DNA from: Adineta ricciae
Lineage: Eukaryota
Direction: 5' to 3'
DNA length: 64,000 nt
NCBI GenBank assembly: GCA_905250025.1
Contig: CAJNOJ010000062.1
Coordinates: 365,974-429,973, forward strand
Shown: positions 52,824 to 64,000 of the stretch, piece by piece
Position numbering within the stretch: position 1 is the first letter of the stretch
Layout of the letters: the number at the start of each line of letters is the position of its first letter
Notes under the pieces: model-generated
What the model saw: only the letters and a program-made list of their open reading frames with translations
What the model was told of the DNA's origin: nothing
Database searches by the model: none
Position numbers and translations under genes: made by a program

Positions 52824-55800
52824 ATGACGCGACACGATGATTCAGGCGGTGTTAGCGCGTTGGTTAGACATACTGCCGGCATGGCTGAATTAGCCATCAA
52901 TGCCGGTCATCCCGATCGCAAACATAATGAATATTTACCGTATCCTGATAATAATTTCAATGATATTATCGACGAACGTTTCCAACGGGGTTTGTTTTCC
53001 TGTCAAATTTTTGTTTGTATCTAATAGAAATTGTTTCTTCTAGCCGACAAATTTACTGTTGCACATGTATTTGATCGGAGTGGCCGAACGTTCGTTCCCA
53101 ACGTTCCAGTTCATGTGAAATCCATTGTTGCAGAGCGTACCTATGCAGCTTTTACTGAATTTCTTAATCCATATCTGTGCGTATCGATAACATTGTCAGT
53201 ACATTGATTATGAGAAAAGACTCTTGGTTCTGCTTAGATATTGTGTGACTACAAAACATGGCCCTTTTGAATGGACCATATACAAACGTTATCGAAATTT
53301 CAGTGATTTACATAAAGCGTTAGTTCAATATGTCGAAGCTGAAACCAAACGATCGATCAGTGATTTAGAAAAGTAAGCATTGCATAAGAGAATTGATATG
53401 ATATGAACTAATTGAGTCAATAATATGTTTGCTAACTTAACTCATATAGATCTTCGAGGCGCAATGAACCTGTAAGATTCATTTCGCAACGATCGTAAGT
53501 TAATGTACTTTTATTCGAACTATGTGTCGTGTTCTGTATACATGATTGTTGCCAATGAGTTTTTTTTTATTGACAAGGGTTTTAAAGTATTTGTTTTCTT
53601 TTCTATTAGAGTGCAAGAAGAAGAAAATGAAAATCCATGCTTTCCGACACGAAACGATCGCATGGCATTCATCAATGACAGTATTGTTCGAGAACGTTGC
53701 GTATGTTTAAAGAAGAAGAGGTTTCATAAAGCTCAACGAATTACATTCTCTTTCCCTTCTAGCAAATTCTTCTCGAATATCTTAACAAAATTCTTAAACA
53801 CCCAAAATTTCGCAATCATCCTGCTACAGTAAGCTGCTCGATATTCTGCTCCGTCGATCATTTCATTCGTTTCTTTCAGCGTGAATTTTTCGATGTTAGT
53901 TGTGTATCGTTCGTCTATGGTTTATCCGGTTCGATAAAAGAAGGTTATCTCTTAAAGCGTTCACATGATGATTATCGTGGACACAGTATTTTCTTTCGTT
54001 TACCATTCTTCTGTGATTTCTGTAAATTTCATCACGGTCGAAAGTACGTTCATCATTTTCAACATTCCGATCTTCACTTTTGTTGTCAATCTAGATGGTT
54101 CATCATCAAAGATTCCTATATAACTTATATGCGTCCGGATACGTATGAAGTACGTTTTCCAATGTTAGTCGATCGTGCATTCGATATAGCCACTGGTTTT
54201 CGCCATGCTCGAACACCGCACGGTATAAAAATCACCAATTTACAACGAAGTCTAGTTTTGAAATGTCGTAATCGACGAGATTGCGAAGAATGGACACAAC
54301 ATCTAATGAATTTAAAAGAACAAGCCAAATGTTTTCTCAGTTCCCAAACAAGTCGATTCAATTCCTTCGCACCTATTCGACGTAAACAATTTGCACATTG
54401 GTATTTCCCTCGAGAAAGAACATTTATTGAACAGAAACAAATGTCTCTTCTCATTACGTTTTAGGTTTGTTAATGGAAAATCCTACATGGAATCAGTGGC
54501 AAAAGCATTATTAACAGCGAAAGAAGAAGTATTCATCACCGATTGGTGGCTATCACCGGAAATTATGATGGTGAGACCAACCGATGATGAAACATTCCGA
54601 TTAGACAATTTATTAGGAAAAATCGCTGTAAGGAAGAGGAAAACCAATGAAAGACTTTTACATTCCGAATATTTACTTTCAGGACGATGGAGTACGTGTT
54701 TATGTACTCGTGTTCAAAGAAATGTCATTTGCAATGGGTCTCAACAGTCTACATACAAAACGAGCGTTAATAGGCAAGAGCAAAAGAGGTTTTATTAAAG
54801 TAAGACGTGCTAAGAGTTGAATGATGGAAACGGCTTCTCTGTCGTTTCAAGGTTATCCGCCATCCTGATCATTATCCAAGTGGAGGAGTTTTCTTGTGGT
54901 CTCATCACGAAAAACTAGTGATTATCGATCAGAAAATTGCATTCGTCGGTGGAATCGATTTATGTTTCGGTCGCTGGGATGATGATTTTATGCGGTAAGT
55001 GAATTTCCTTCTGAAGAGAATAAATTAGCTCGAACTAATCGAATAACTAGACAAACATATTTGAATATAGATTGGAATTATTGATTTTGACAAGGATTTG
55101 TTTTTTTTTCCGCTTAGTCTCGTGGATTTGGGTGAAGAAAATGAAACAAAATTAAAGTTGCCAGGTGAGATCGAAGCTGATAAGCAAGCAGCAGGTGGCA
55201 AAGAAACAGTTGAAGCAGCAGAAATAACCACAACTGAAATGGCTGAAAATGCAGGAGAACGACCGGCAAAGGTAAAGAGAATACGCAGTCAATCGCGATT
55301 AAAGGCATACGAAAAGTTCAGCGAAGACGATCGTAAGTTAGAGTAGATCGATCAAATGACATGGCTAATTGGCGACTAGGCATGTTAACGGCTTGCTCGA
55401 TACACGAACTTTAATCTGCATCGTCTATTCTATTCTATTCTTGTCTACTTAAATCGAAAAGAATTAAGACCTTCGCTGCTTATTTAGAGTACAGATCAGA
55501 TGAGATCAGCAGTCACTCCACCGAATAAAGGAAGTGAAGATGTCAAGCCAGGTGATCAAGCTCATGCAAGTGGAGCCGGTCATCATATGAAAACTGCAGC
55601 TAAAAAATGTGAATAGACCATTTTTCTTCTTAAAACATCCTATATTGTGTCTTTTCTTCTTCATCTTGTAGGGATTGAATCGAAGTTTTCTGGTAAGAAC
55701 ACGTTTGTTTCTTATGAGCACATGCACAGATTCTTTGTGCCAAGCTAATTTCATACTAATATGAAGCGAAAGTCGTATTATTTAGTCCATAGACAATCGA

Positions 55801-58509
55801 ATAAAATCTATCCGGAAGAACCCAGTAGTAAGTTAAGTTCTCAGTGACATGAGATGTGTGTAAACTAATAAAACTTAGCAAACAAACGACCTGATCTGGG
55901 GTTTTCTGTGTGTACACACATTCGATATCACGAACGAATACTGTTCGCCCTCTTTGATAATAATCGATCTTTGTATTATCTCCTAGGAAATGATGGTGAC
56001 GGAAATGAAAGTGACGCGGAAAAGGGTAACCATCGAATTTCTCGCAAACCGTTGATGCATACACTAACTAGTGCTGATAATAAATTAACTAACAAACCTT
56101 ATGAACAAGATCTCCAGCCACAACGAGTGTCCCATTGGCGTCATTCGAAAACCAATTTAAATCGTTTACGATCGCTCGACTCCCTCGAGACCGGTCAGGA
56201 TGATCACGCTGCTCATACTAACGCTGCTCCTTCTTCTCATCGATTTCGCTCGCAAAATGCTTTTAATAAATTTGTTCACCAAACCATAGATTTCGCACGA
56301 CGTAGGTGGTATTTTTTTTTCTTTAAACTTGATTTTCATCTAATCAATCAACTGATCGATTGCTATTGACTAACGTGATAAGAAAAAGCATCTGATTGTT
56401 TTCAATTACAGACGATCAGAGTGGTGTTGAACCAAAAGTGATTGACGAAGATGAAGAAACCATGCGACGACAACAAAGATACGCAGGCAAATGGCGGCGA
56501 TTAGCAAAGGTAGGTCAATCGTACGAATCGAATGTTTATAAACACCTCTTTTCAATAGATCATGAGAAAAGGTAGTGCTGACGAAGATTCGGAAGATGAG
56601 GAAAAGCCTGAAGATCCTCAATCTATCATTGGCCCATCGCCTGTTATCGACACAAAACATCGGTATTTCATTGGAAAGGATTATTCCAATCCTTACGAGA
56701 AAGACTTCGAAGTTCTCGAAAAATACAGTGAAGGTATTTGTCAGAAATATTGCTTTTTCTTCCAAATATTGATTTGTTTGGAAAATTTTAGATTTTATCG
56801 ATCGTAAATTAGTTCCTCGAATGCCATGGCATGACGAAGCACTTGTCGTTTTTGGCCAAGCAGCTCGTGATGTCGCCAGACATTTTATTCAAAGATGGAA
56901 CATTCACAAAGTATTCTCAGCAAAAGAACTATCCCTTGTCATCTCGATGAGTTCGTTCTCTTTAGTGTGAAAAATTTCTCTACAATGATTCTTATCCGTT
57001 CTTATTACCAAAAACTTACGATGATCCCGACGAAATACGAGTTACCAATTGGAAAGATTTTCTTGATTCTCCACCGTACAAAGTCGATGCTCAAGTAACA
57101 TCCCGTTACTTCATAGACGATGTCATCCGTTTCTTTCAATCTAGTGTGTTCGATCCGTAGGAACGTGGTCAATCGGTACCAGAACAATCGAATCATCCAT
57201 ACAAAACGCTTATTTACAAATGATTGACGCAGCAAAATATTACATTTATATCGAAGTATGCGAATTGATTAGTTGAAATAGATTGTTTAGTTACACTTCG
57301 TTTAGAATCAATTTTTTATTACTATTGCTGACGATGCCGTTGTCAAAAATCAGTTGGCTGAAGCTCTATACCGACGAGTATTACGCGCACATGCGTTAGT
57401 CGATTACATGTCTTGTTTTCAATCAGCTAATCTTGTATTTTCTAGTGCTAACGAAAAATTTCGTATCTACATTGTTCTTCCTCTTTTACCTGGCTTTGAT
57501 AATGTTAATGCCGTTCAAGCTGTACTCTATTTCATCATGCGCTCGATCACGAAAGGCGACCAATCTTTATTTAAACGATTAGAATTAAGCGGTAAACAAC
57601 AAACTGATTGCTCCTCATTAGTACATTACAAACTTCTATTTTCTAGGTATACGACCCGATGAATATATAAGTTTCTACGGAATGCGTGCACATGATGTTT
57701 TAATGGGTGTTTTAGTAAGTCGTTGGCGAGGATTTTCGTCTCGTAAACTTACTTTCTTCGTTTGTTTTCTTCTTTCTTAGGTCACTGAAATTATTTATGT
57801 TCATTCGAAATTAATGATAATCGATGATCGCATGGCAATATGTGGTAGTGCCAATATTAATGATCGTTCATTGCTCGGGCAACGAGATAGTGAAGTGTGC
57901 ATGGTTATAAATGATCTCGAAGAAGAAGTGGGTGTATTCGCCGGGAAAGAACTTCGTGTAGGCAAATTTTGTTCAAGTTGGAGAAAACGACTTTTTGCGT
58001 ATGTACTCGTTCAGACAAGAAGTTCTACTACTACGTCTTTCTTCTTGCAGAATAATGTTAGGTATTCAATTCGAAAATCCTAATAATATCGATCTCAGTG
58101 ATCCGGTCTCCGATGAGTTTTATAATTATTTTCGCGATGTAGCCAAAAAGAACACGTTAATCTTTGAAGAAGTTTTCGCGACTCTCCCAAGCGATCGTGT
58201 TCGTCGATTCGATCAAGTCGGACAATATACCGAAGTACCAAAATTGAAAGAAACTGATCCGATACAAGTCTGACGAGGATTGAATGAAGTTCACTGATGA
58301 ACTTGTTTACTTTTTCTTCTTTAGGCACAAGAAAAATTGAAAGGCGTGCAGGGTTTAATTGTCGAATATCCGCTTTATTTTCTGGATGATGAGAATTACC
58401 TGCCAAGTCTTCGAACGCGTGAAGGTAAATCTCCTCGATATTGTTCGAATTCAGAGATTGATTGATTAACTTTCTTTCAGGTCTCGTTCCGAATGTAATG
58501 TGGACGTGA
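52824..58509 (+). CDS. PLD: Phospholipase D (PX-PH-HKD-HKD, PLD1/2-type), with more than 15 exons.
   Basis: PX domain: ...[23 protein letters not shown]... and ...[28 protein letters not shown].... PH domain: ...[16 protein letters not shown]..., ...[13 protein letters not shown]...[31 protein letters not shown].... Catalytic region: ...[37 protein letters not shown].... First HKD: ...[27 protein letters not shown]. ...[32 protein letters not shown]... is present. Second HKD: ...[41 protein letters not shown].... C-terminus: ...GLVPNVMWT*. Confidence 0.9.
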
Positions 58510-59046
58510 TTTGTCTTTCTTATCTTTTCATACTATCATATTCAAGTAATCTAATCGTTTTCTTCTTTTCGGTGAGATAAATAATGACTTTGAGAAATAA
58601 AAATCAAGTTTTCTGTATTCATCTTCTTCTTCTTCTCGCGAATCTGTGCTAAAATTGTATTTATTCGGTTGGATTTTTCCGATTTCTGTGATCTTGTAAT
58701 CTATATCCGTTTCGTACGTCGACTTTCATTTCATTGCGCTTTTTATTTCTTCAATTCCGACTGCTCAAGTATTGTTGATGGGTTGCTTGATTGTTAAATA
58801 CGTACGCGTACATATAAACGCAGAGATTCGTATAAATAAATGTCAAAGCGGCAATACACTTGGGTTCTGTACTTGAAAAAAAAAAGCAAGAGTAGAAAAA
58901 CACACAGACATGAAGTGTCGTTTTCAATCCTGTTTGTTGGAATTCGACGGGAGTTTGGGCCGAGATGCTGTTTTCAGCATCAAACGAACACCAATCACAC
59001 CTAGAAGCGAAATTTGTGCTTCTCTTTTCGATGTTGACGATCGTTT

Positions 59047-60519
59047 TCAAAAGCACTTACCTGCAATCACAATGAGAAGAAAACTGAGTTGCAAGAGAAT
59101 CGTTGCAGAAATGAGAAATTTCGCCAGAAAATAAGTCGAAGGTAAACCGATAAAGATCAAACAAAGAAGTTCGATAATCAAGTCTTGTTTCCGACGTGGC
59201 AAATTCGTTGCTTTAGGATTACCGGCACCAGCGAATGTACCATGTTGAACAAAGTACTCAAACGTTTTATCCTTTAAAACACTCGTCAATTAAAAGCATT
59301 TGACAGATCAAAGACTTTACTTTTTCTTGAAAGAGTTTGTGAATAAATTCGGCTGATTTCTTCTCATCATCATGTGGAATTTCAGAAATAGGTATACGAC
59401 GGATGAAAGATTCAGCTTGACAACGTTCACCAACTAACATATTCGACAATTCTGGCGATTTTGGAGTTTGAAAAGCGACAGTTATATCATAAACTGCCGT
59501 GACTAATGTCATACATGTAGAAATTATATTTCCTAGCCAAAAGCTCATCTGAATGACTCACTATTTTTGTGCAAGCCTTTCATCAGCAGAGCGAAGCCTT
59601 TCGTACGTGGCAGAATATGATGTTGCAACTCGGGCAGTCCTTTTTCACGCGCTACTTTCATACTCTCCAGACGTTTTTCATTGGTATACCGAGTTCCTTC
59701 GCACGAGAGAAATAACTAGATTAACATATAGAAACGTTCAATGTACGAATCAAAGCAACGTGATTTACAGTGAAATTGTAATTTGATGGAAAATCATTAA
59801 CAAGCCGTTGCATATCACGTTCGAGCACAGATTTATCGGAGTTCCATTCGCGTCGTAAGAAGATCGATTCGGTGAAATACCAACACCAGCCAATGATTGG
59901 TAGAGCACGAAGCGACTTTTTGCCTAGAATTTTGGAACCCTGATACGGATAATAGCAGTTAAGAATCAAATCGAGTTACTTACTCCAGCTAATCCAAGTC
60001 TTTGAGTAATTACCCATCCAAGTAACCAATCGACTTCGTAACGATGATTTCCTAACCAAATTGAATTTTCTTGACGGAGTTTTGCTAAATCTTCCGGTTT
60101 AATATAAACGTCAATGTCAGAATTTGACCTAGACGATCAGAAACAAAATCAATCAACGACAAGCTGAACATGCAATCGAGAAGAAAATTTCTGCCTCTGA
60201 TTAATCTCTTATCGAAGAAATCTAAAGAACGTACCACCATTGATAGACGAATGTTAATTCTATAAAGAAGAAAAATCAAAACGATCTATTTCAATGACTA
60301 AAACAAATTGGTCTTACGACTCCAGATAACAGTTGCTAAATGATAGTTTATTTTTCGATACAATGCACGATTGAATGGCCAGACGAAACATGCTGTTAGA
60401 AGTTGAAGTAGATTAACAAATAGGCCAGTTATAACAAATACATAACCGAGGAAAAGTTGAACAATAACTAATCTTTTCCATGAAGGAATGTACGAGTGAT
60501 CTTCCGTGGATCGAGGCAT
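59047..60519 (-). CDS. AGPAT3: 1-acylglycerol-3-phosphate O-acyltransferase of the AGPAT3/AGPAT4 (LPAAT gamma/delta) type, multi-exon.
   Basis: MPRSTEDHSYIPSWKRLVIVQLFLGYVFVITGLFVNLLQLLTACFVWPFNRALYRKINYHLATVIWS matches human AGPAT3 MGLLAFLKTQFVLHLLVGFVFVVSGLVINFVQLCTLALWPVSKQLYRRLNCRLAYSLWS. Following exons read ...NHRYEVDWLLGW... (acyltransferase motif I, NHxxxxD), ...GKKSLRALPIIGWCWYFTESIFLRREWNSDK... (human ...ELLYVPLIGWTWYFLEIVFCKRKWEEDR) and ...IPHDDEKKSAEFIHKLFQEKV... (human ...IPLDEKEAAQWLHKLYQEKD). A hydrophobic C-terminus is present. Confidence 0.8.
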
Positions 60520-62457
60520 CTAGAAGTAAAGAGGAGAAAGATTCATAATCGTCAGCTTCCGAGCAATAATCATCATTTTTTTTCTTCTTTCTATTAAATA
60601 TCTACTATTACCTGGTTCTTCCTTTTCTCTCTGGAGCAAATGAAATGAAAAAACGTTGCTCTTTGCTCTTTTCTTCGTCCGTCTCTCTCACTTTCCTGGT
60701 GAAGACAGCGTCTTCACTATATGATTATCCATGCGGCGAAAACTTAAGCTGGTGCGATGTATTAATAGAATAGAACGAGAGAAAAAAAAAAGTTTACATA
60801 ACCGTTAACTGTAGATAACATCGTCAGTAAAATGTGGTCTTAGCCATCGAATGGGATCGAATAAAAAAGCCGAAGAAAAAGAGAAGAATGTCGCATCACA
60901 GACACATCCGTTTCTGCTCATGTTCATAAGTAATTAGAAGTACTATTATTAGCACACAATTATAACTGCACAAAAAAAAAGACGAAGGAGAAAAAGAAAA
61001 GTTTATTTTTCTACGTGAATCCACAAATAGACAGACCAATGTGTCACATGGTCTTGCTTGATGAGAAGTTTCTGTTTCTGACGTGTTTTGATTTTATATT
61101 TTCTTTCTAAGTACGTACGTGTTCTTGCGCTTTTTTTCTTCTTATACTGATCAGAAAAGGAACAGAAAAGAAAAAAAAGAGAACGCTACAATACTATCAC
61201 CTTGTACAACGAAAACAAATTTTTATCATAATACTATTTTTTGCAATTGAATTTTATCGCTGATATTTTCGTGGTTTATGCAAGTGGCACGATGTACATT
61301 TTTTGTTTGCAGCTACGATAGATGCCAGTTGTGGTTCTAACAAGATTCTTCGACCTTTGAAAATCAGTCGTCATGTTAGAAGCCATTTGTTGACCTATTC
61401 GATTACTAATTCAGTATCTTTTTATTCGACAAGGAAGCTGCTCAAACACAATTGAAATGCATTTTCAATTGTTGACGAATATCTCTTTCGCGTTCGTCGT
61501 CGTCTTCTCTTTCTATCTAATCAATTAAACGAAACGCACACGCCTGTAGGCGGACGAACACACACACATATATCCCAATTACAAACAAATCACGAATGAA
61601 TGACAAAAAGAAAACTTTGTCGTTCTTCTCCAATTCCAAAAGTTCAAGTACATCGAAAAACATGTCTCCCAATAAAATCGAACATTCAATCACTCCTCCG
61701 CTCGCGCGAAAGACGAAAATTCTTGTTAATTGCCATTGAACAACTAATCAAATAGTTATATTCACTTGTTTTATCTTTTTTAATTTGTAAATAAATGAGG
61801 GATGAAACGAAAGTTTAACCTCACATGAACATGAAACAAAGCAAAGCAAGAAGTACAGCTATATATCTTTCATTTTCTTCATCGTATACTTTGTTATCTT
61901 ATTCATTTGACGTCTGTTCATTCTCATAAATCACATGCATATAGATGCTCATGGCAGACTAACGCGAATATGTTCGTATCAACACTTGCTTTCCTTCATC
62001 GTTCTTATAGGTTCCAATCATCAGTCCACCATCTGGTTAGAGCCTCATCATTTCGATGTGTATTTATCTACATTGTTGATGAGAGGGAAATTTTTTTTTC
62101 AAATCATATCAATCACAACCATATGAGTAATTCCTTGACATAGACAATACTTCTGTCCATGAAGATTTGTTTACACAACGAGTGAAAGATCTGGATATGA
62201 TCAATGAGCAACACATCAGGTGTCTTAATGTCTTTTTTTTTCTTTCAGATCTTCATTTGCACATCATTCATTCGCGTTCTTTTCAACATGGTTGGCCATT
62301 CGGTAAGTTTTCGTTTCGAATGTAGTTGTTAGTTCATTCTAAAAGAGAGCGGATAGTGATTAACATATAAGGTTGTGAAGACGAATAATTTATGAGCGCG
62401 AAGCATTCGATTTATTTGTTTTTGTTTGTCTATTTTCTCTTTTGAACGAAACTATCG

Positions 62458-62667
62458 ATGACAAAACGACGAACACATCATAAACGTACGAGTGGAATGA
62501 GAAAACATGCTCATCATACGAAACAGAGAAGATCCAAATCTCATCGAGCTCGATCGCATACAGGAAAAAAGACAACCAAACGAATCCATCATCGTAGAGG
62601 TGGCAAACATCATCATGCGCCAACGAATGAAAATGCTAATCAATCGGTTATTGCCAAAATAGTTTAA
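62458..62667 (+). other. Candidate small ORF encoding a highly basic 69-aa Arg/Lys/His-rich peptide; its coding status is unproven.
   Basis: ORF MTKRRTHHKRTSGMRKHAHHTKQRRSKSHRARSHTGKKTTKRIHHRRGGKHHHAPTNENANQSVIAKIV. More than 45% of residues are R/K/H and there are no acidic residues until near the C-terminus. It lies in the 2.4-kb divergent interval between the AGPAT-like gene and the gene beginning at 62952. An overlapping antisense ORF also exists, so this could be a compositional artefact. Confidence 0.2.
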
Positions 62668-62951
62668 CAACTCATTATGTTCATCTTGAGGGACTAATTG
62701 ATTTTTTGAACTCCTTTGGGCTTGATGATCATAGACATACTTGATTGGCCTTTATGTATGAAGGTCTACGAATAAAATCGGATAGACATATGGGTTGAAA
62801 TTTACACAACGAAGGATAAAGAGCAATTCCTTTTCGTTCTTTTCGCGCTTGTTAGTGATTGGATATTGTTCTCTCTCTCTCTTCTGCTCTCTTCTCTTCG
62901 TATAAAACAGAAGAGAACAATATCAGAAGGTAACATTCATAGGATCACTAT

Positions 62952-64000
62952 GTCAGCAATAACAGATCGACTTGTGCATAACATGCCAACGTTGATTACT
63001 CAGAAGACGAGTGTAAGTATATCCATGATGACTGGAAACATAGTCTTTCTTGAGAAGACTAACGACTGAAATGCAATCATTGACTGAAGTAGTGAATCGT
63101 GATGCTCCCGTAATTTCTCGAGTGTGCTCATTGCGAACTGAATATTGATATATATATGTATATGTACATATACCTGTATAATCAGTTAGACTCGATCTAA
63201 TTTCACTATCTAAACAAACTGAATGAGTCGATTCATGAGCGTATGTGAAATTCTTTTCATTGATTCCCCTTGAGGAAGAGAAGACTGTATATTTGTTTTT
63301 CTATTTCGATGCTCTTAGAAATACCGCCATCGGTTTGATCAGACATGATGATAAACTAAAATAACATCGATCGATTGTAAATCATTTATGCTTAATTTAT
63401 TTCGTAGCGAAATGAGTGTAGAACTACTGGAATAGAAATGTTCATTCTTCTTGTGTTTCTTTTTTCGTAGCCAATGACTCTTCAACGGCCGGATATCAAA
63501 CAACGTTCAGATGCTGGTTCGTACAATAAAATTATCATTGATCTCGATGAAATCATTGAGAAATGGGTAAGTTGATTTAGTCGTCAGATCGAAAGTCTAT
63601 CGTGTAGCAGATGCACATATTGTTCATTGTATCAGATGTGTAAGACAATTGTTTAATTTATTCTTTTCAGGTATGGAAGATGTGGGAATTATCGAAACGT
63701 AATCGTGAAGATTCAAAATATCGTCGCGAAGAATTGGATATGAAAATAAACTGGAAACGAGTTAATTTTTGGCAATCCGATGCTACTTTTACTCGTTCAG
63801 CTCAAGTTCGAATGCCTAAATCGCAAATCTTATTCAAAACGCATTTTTCTAATAATACTAACTGCGAGCAAGAATATTCTCTACGTGCTGAACGCTCGAC
63901 AATTACAACATTAAATTTTACATTTACGCGTGGTTTTACTAAGGAAAAAGAAGGTTCAATTTCATTCAAACTGCCTCATGAAGTGCTCGAAGTGGGTGGC
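62952..64000 (+). CDS. 5' part of an unidentified multi-exon gene; at least 3 exons. It continues beyond the window end.
   Basis: MSAITDRLVHNMPTLITQKTS ends at a GTAAGT donor at about 63013. After a TTTTTTCGTAG acceptor at about 63470 the next exon reads PMTLQRPDIKQRSDAGSYNKIIIDLDEIIEKW and ends at a GTAAGT donor at about 63570. After a TTCTTTTCAG acceptor at about 63670 the third exon reads VWKMWELSKRNREDSKYRREELDMKINWKRVNFWQSDATFTRSAQVRMPKSQILFKTHFSNN...RAERSTITTLNFTFTRGFTKEKEGSISFKLPHEVLEVGG and runs to the window end. Exon and intron signals are clean, but I do not recognise the family. Confidence 0.45.

Noticed and set aside
55098-55346. An 82-aa plus-strand ORF with a Glu/Lys-rich sequence inside the PLD locus.
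   Set aside because: It lies in the region between the two HKD halves of PLD, where PLD1-type enzymes carry a variable loop. It is probably part of a PLD loop exon or intron rather than a separate gene, and an antisense ORF 55114..55308 mirrors it. I could not phase it confidently.

Overview
This window is eukaryotic nuclear DNA, not prokaryotic. It is AT-rich, its genes are split by short GT-AG introns (roughly 30-70 nt, plus one GC-AG intron), and it carries (GA)n microsatellites and proteins rich in Ser/Thr/His low-complexity runs. The overall style suggests a platyhelminth, possibly a Schistosoma-like trematode; this is an inference from composition only. I can support about 20 protein-coding genes from the translations alone: a coiled-coil protein (partial, running off the window start), GALK2-type N-acetylgalactosamine kinase, an uncharacterised S/T/H-rich protein, ASCC2 with a calcineurin-B-homologous EF-hand gene nested antisense in one of its introns, SRP72, kinesin light chain, a POU class-4 (Brn-3/unc-86) transcription factor, a DGCR6-like protein, anoctamin-10, ribosomal protein eL13, COX11, an intronless N-acylglucosamine 2-epimerase, a tandem triplicated MFSD5-like transporter array, a multi-CUB single-pass membrane protein, phospholipase D, an AGPAT3/4-like acyltransferase, and the 5' part of an unidentified gene. 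No rRNA, tRNA, CRISPR array or transposon could be supported by eye. The most notable observations are two same-strand gene pairs separated by only about 100-140 nt, each with an AATAAA followed by a polypyrimidine-AG acceptor abutting the downstream ATG, which looks like operon-style SL trans-splicing; the nested antisense gene; the MFSD5 array with a near-identical homogenised tract; and the lone intronless sugar epimerase. All coordinates are approximate, and exon boundaries were read by eye from the six-frame track.
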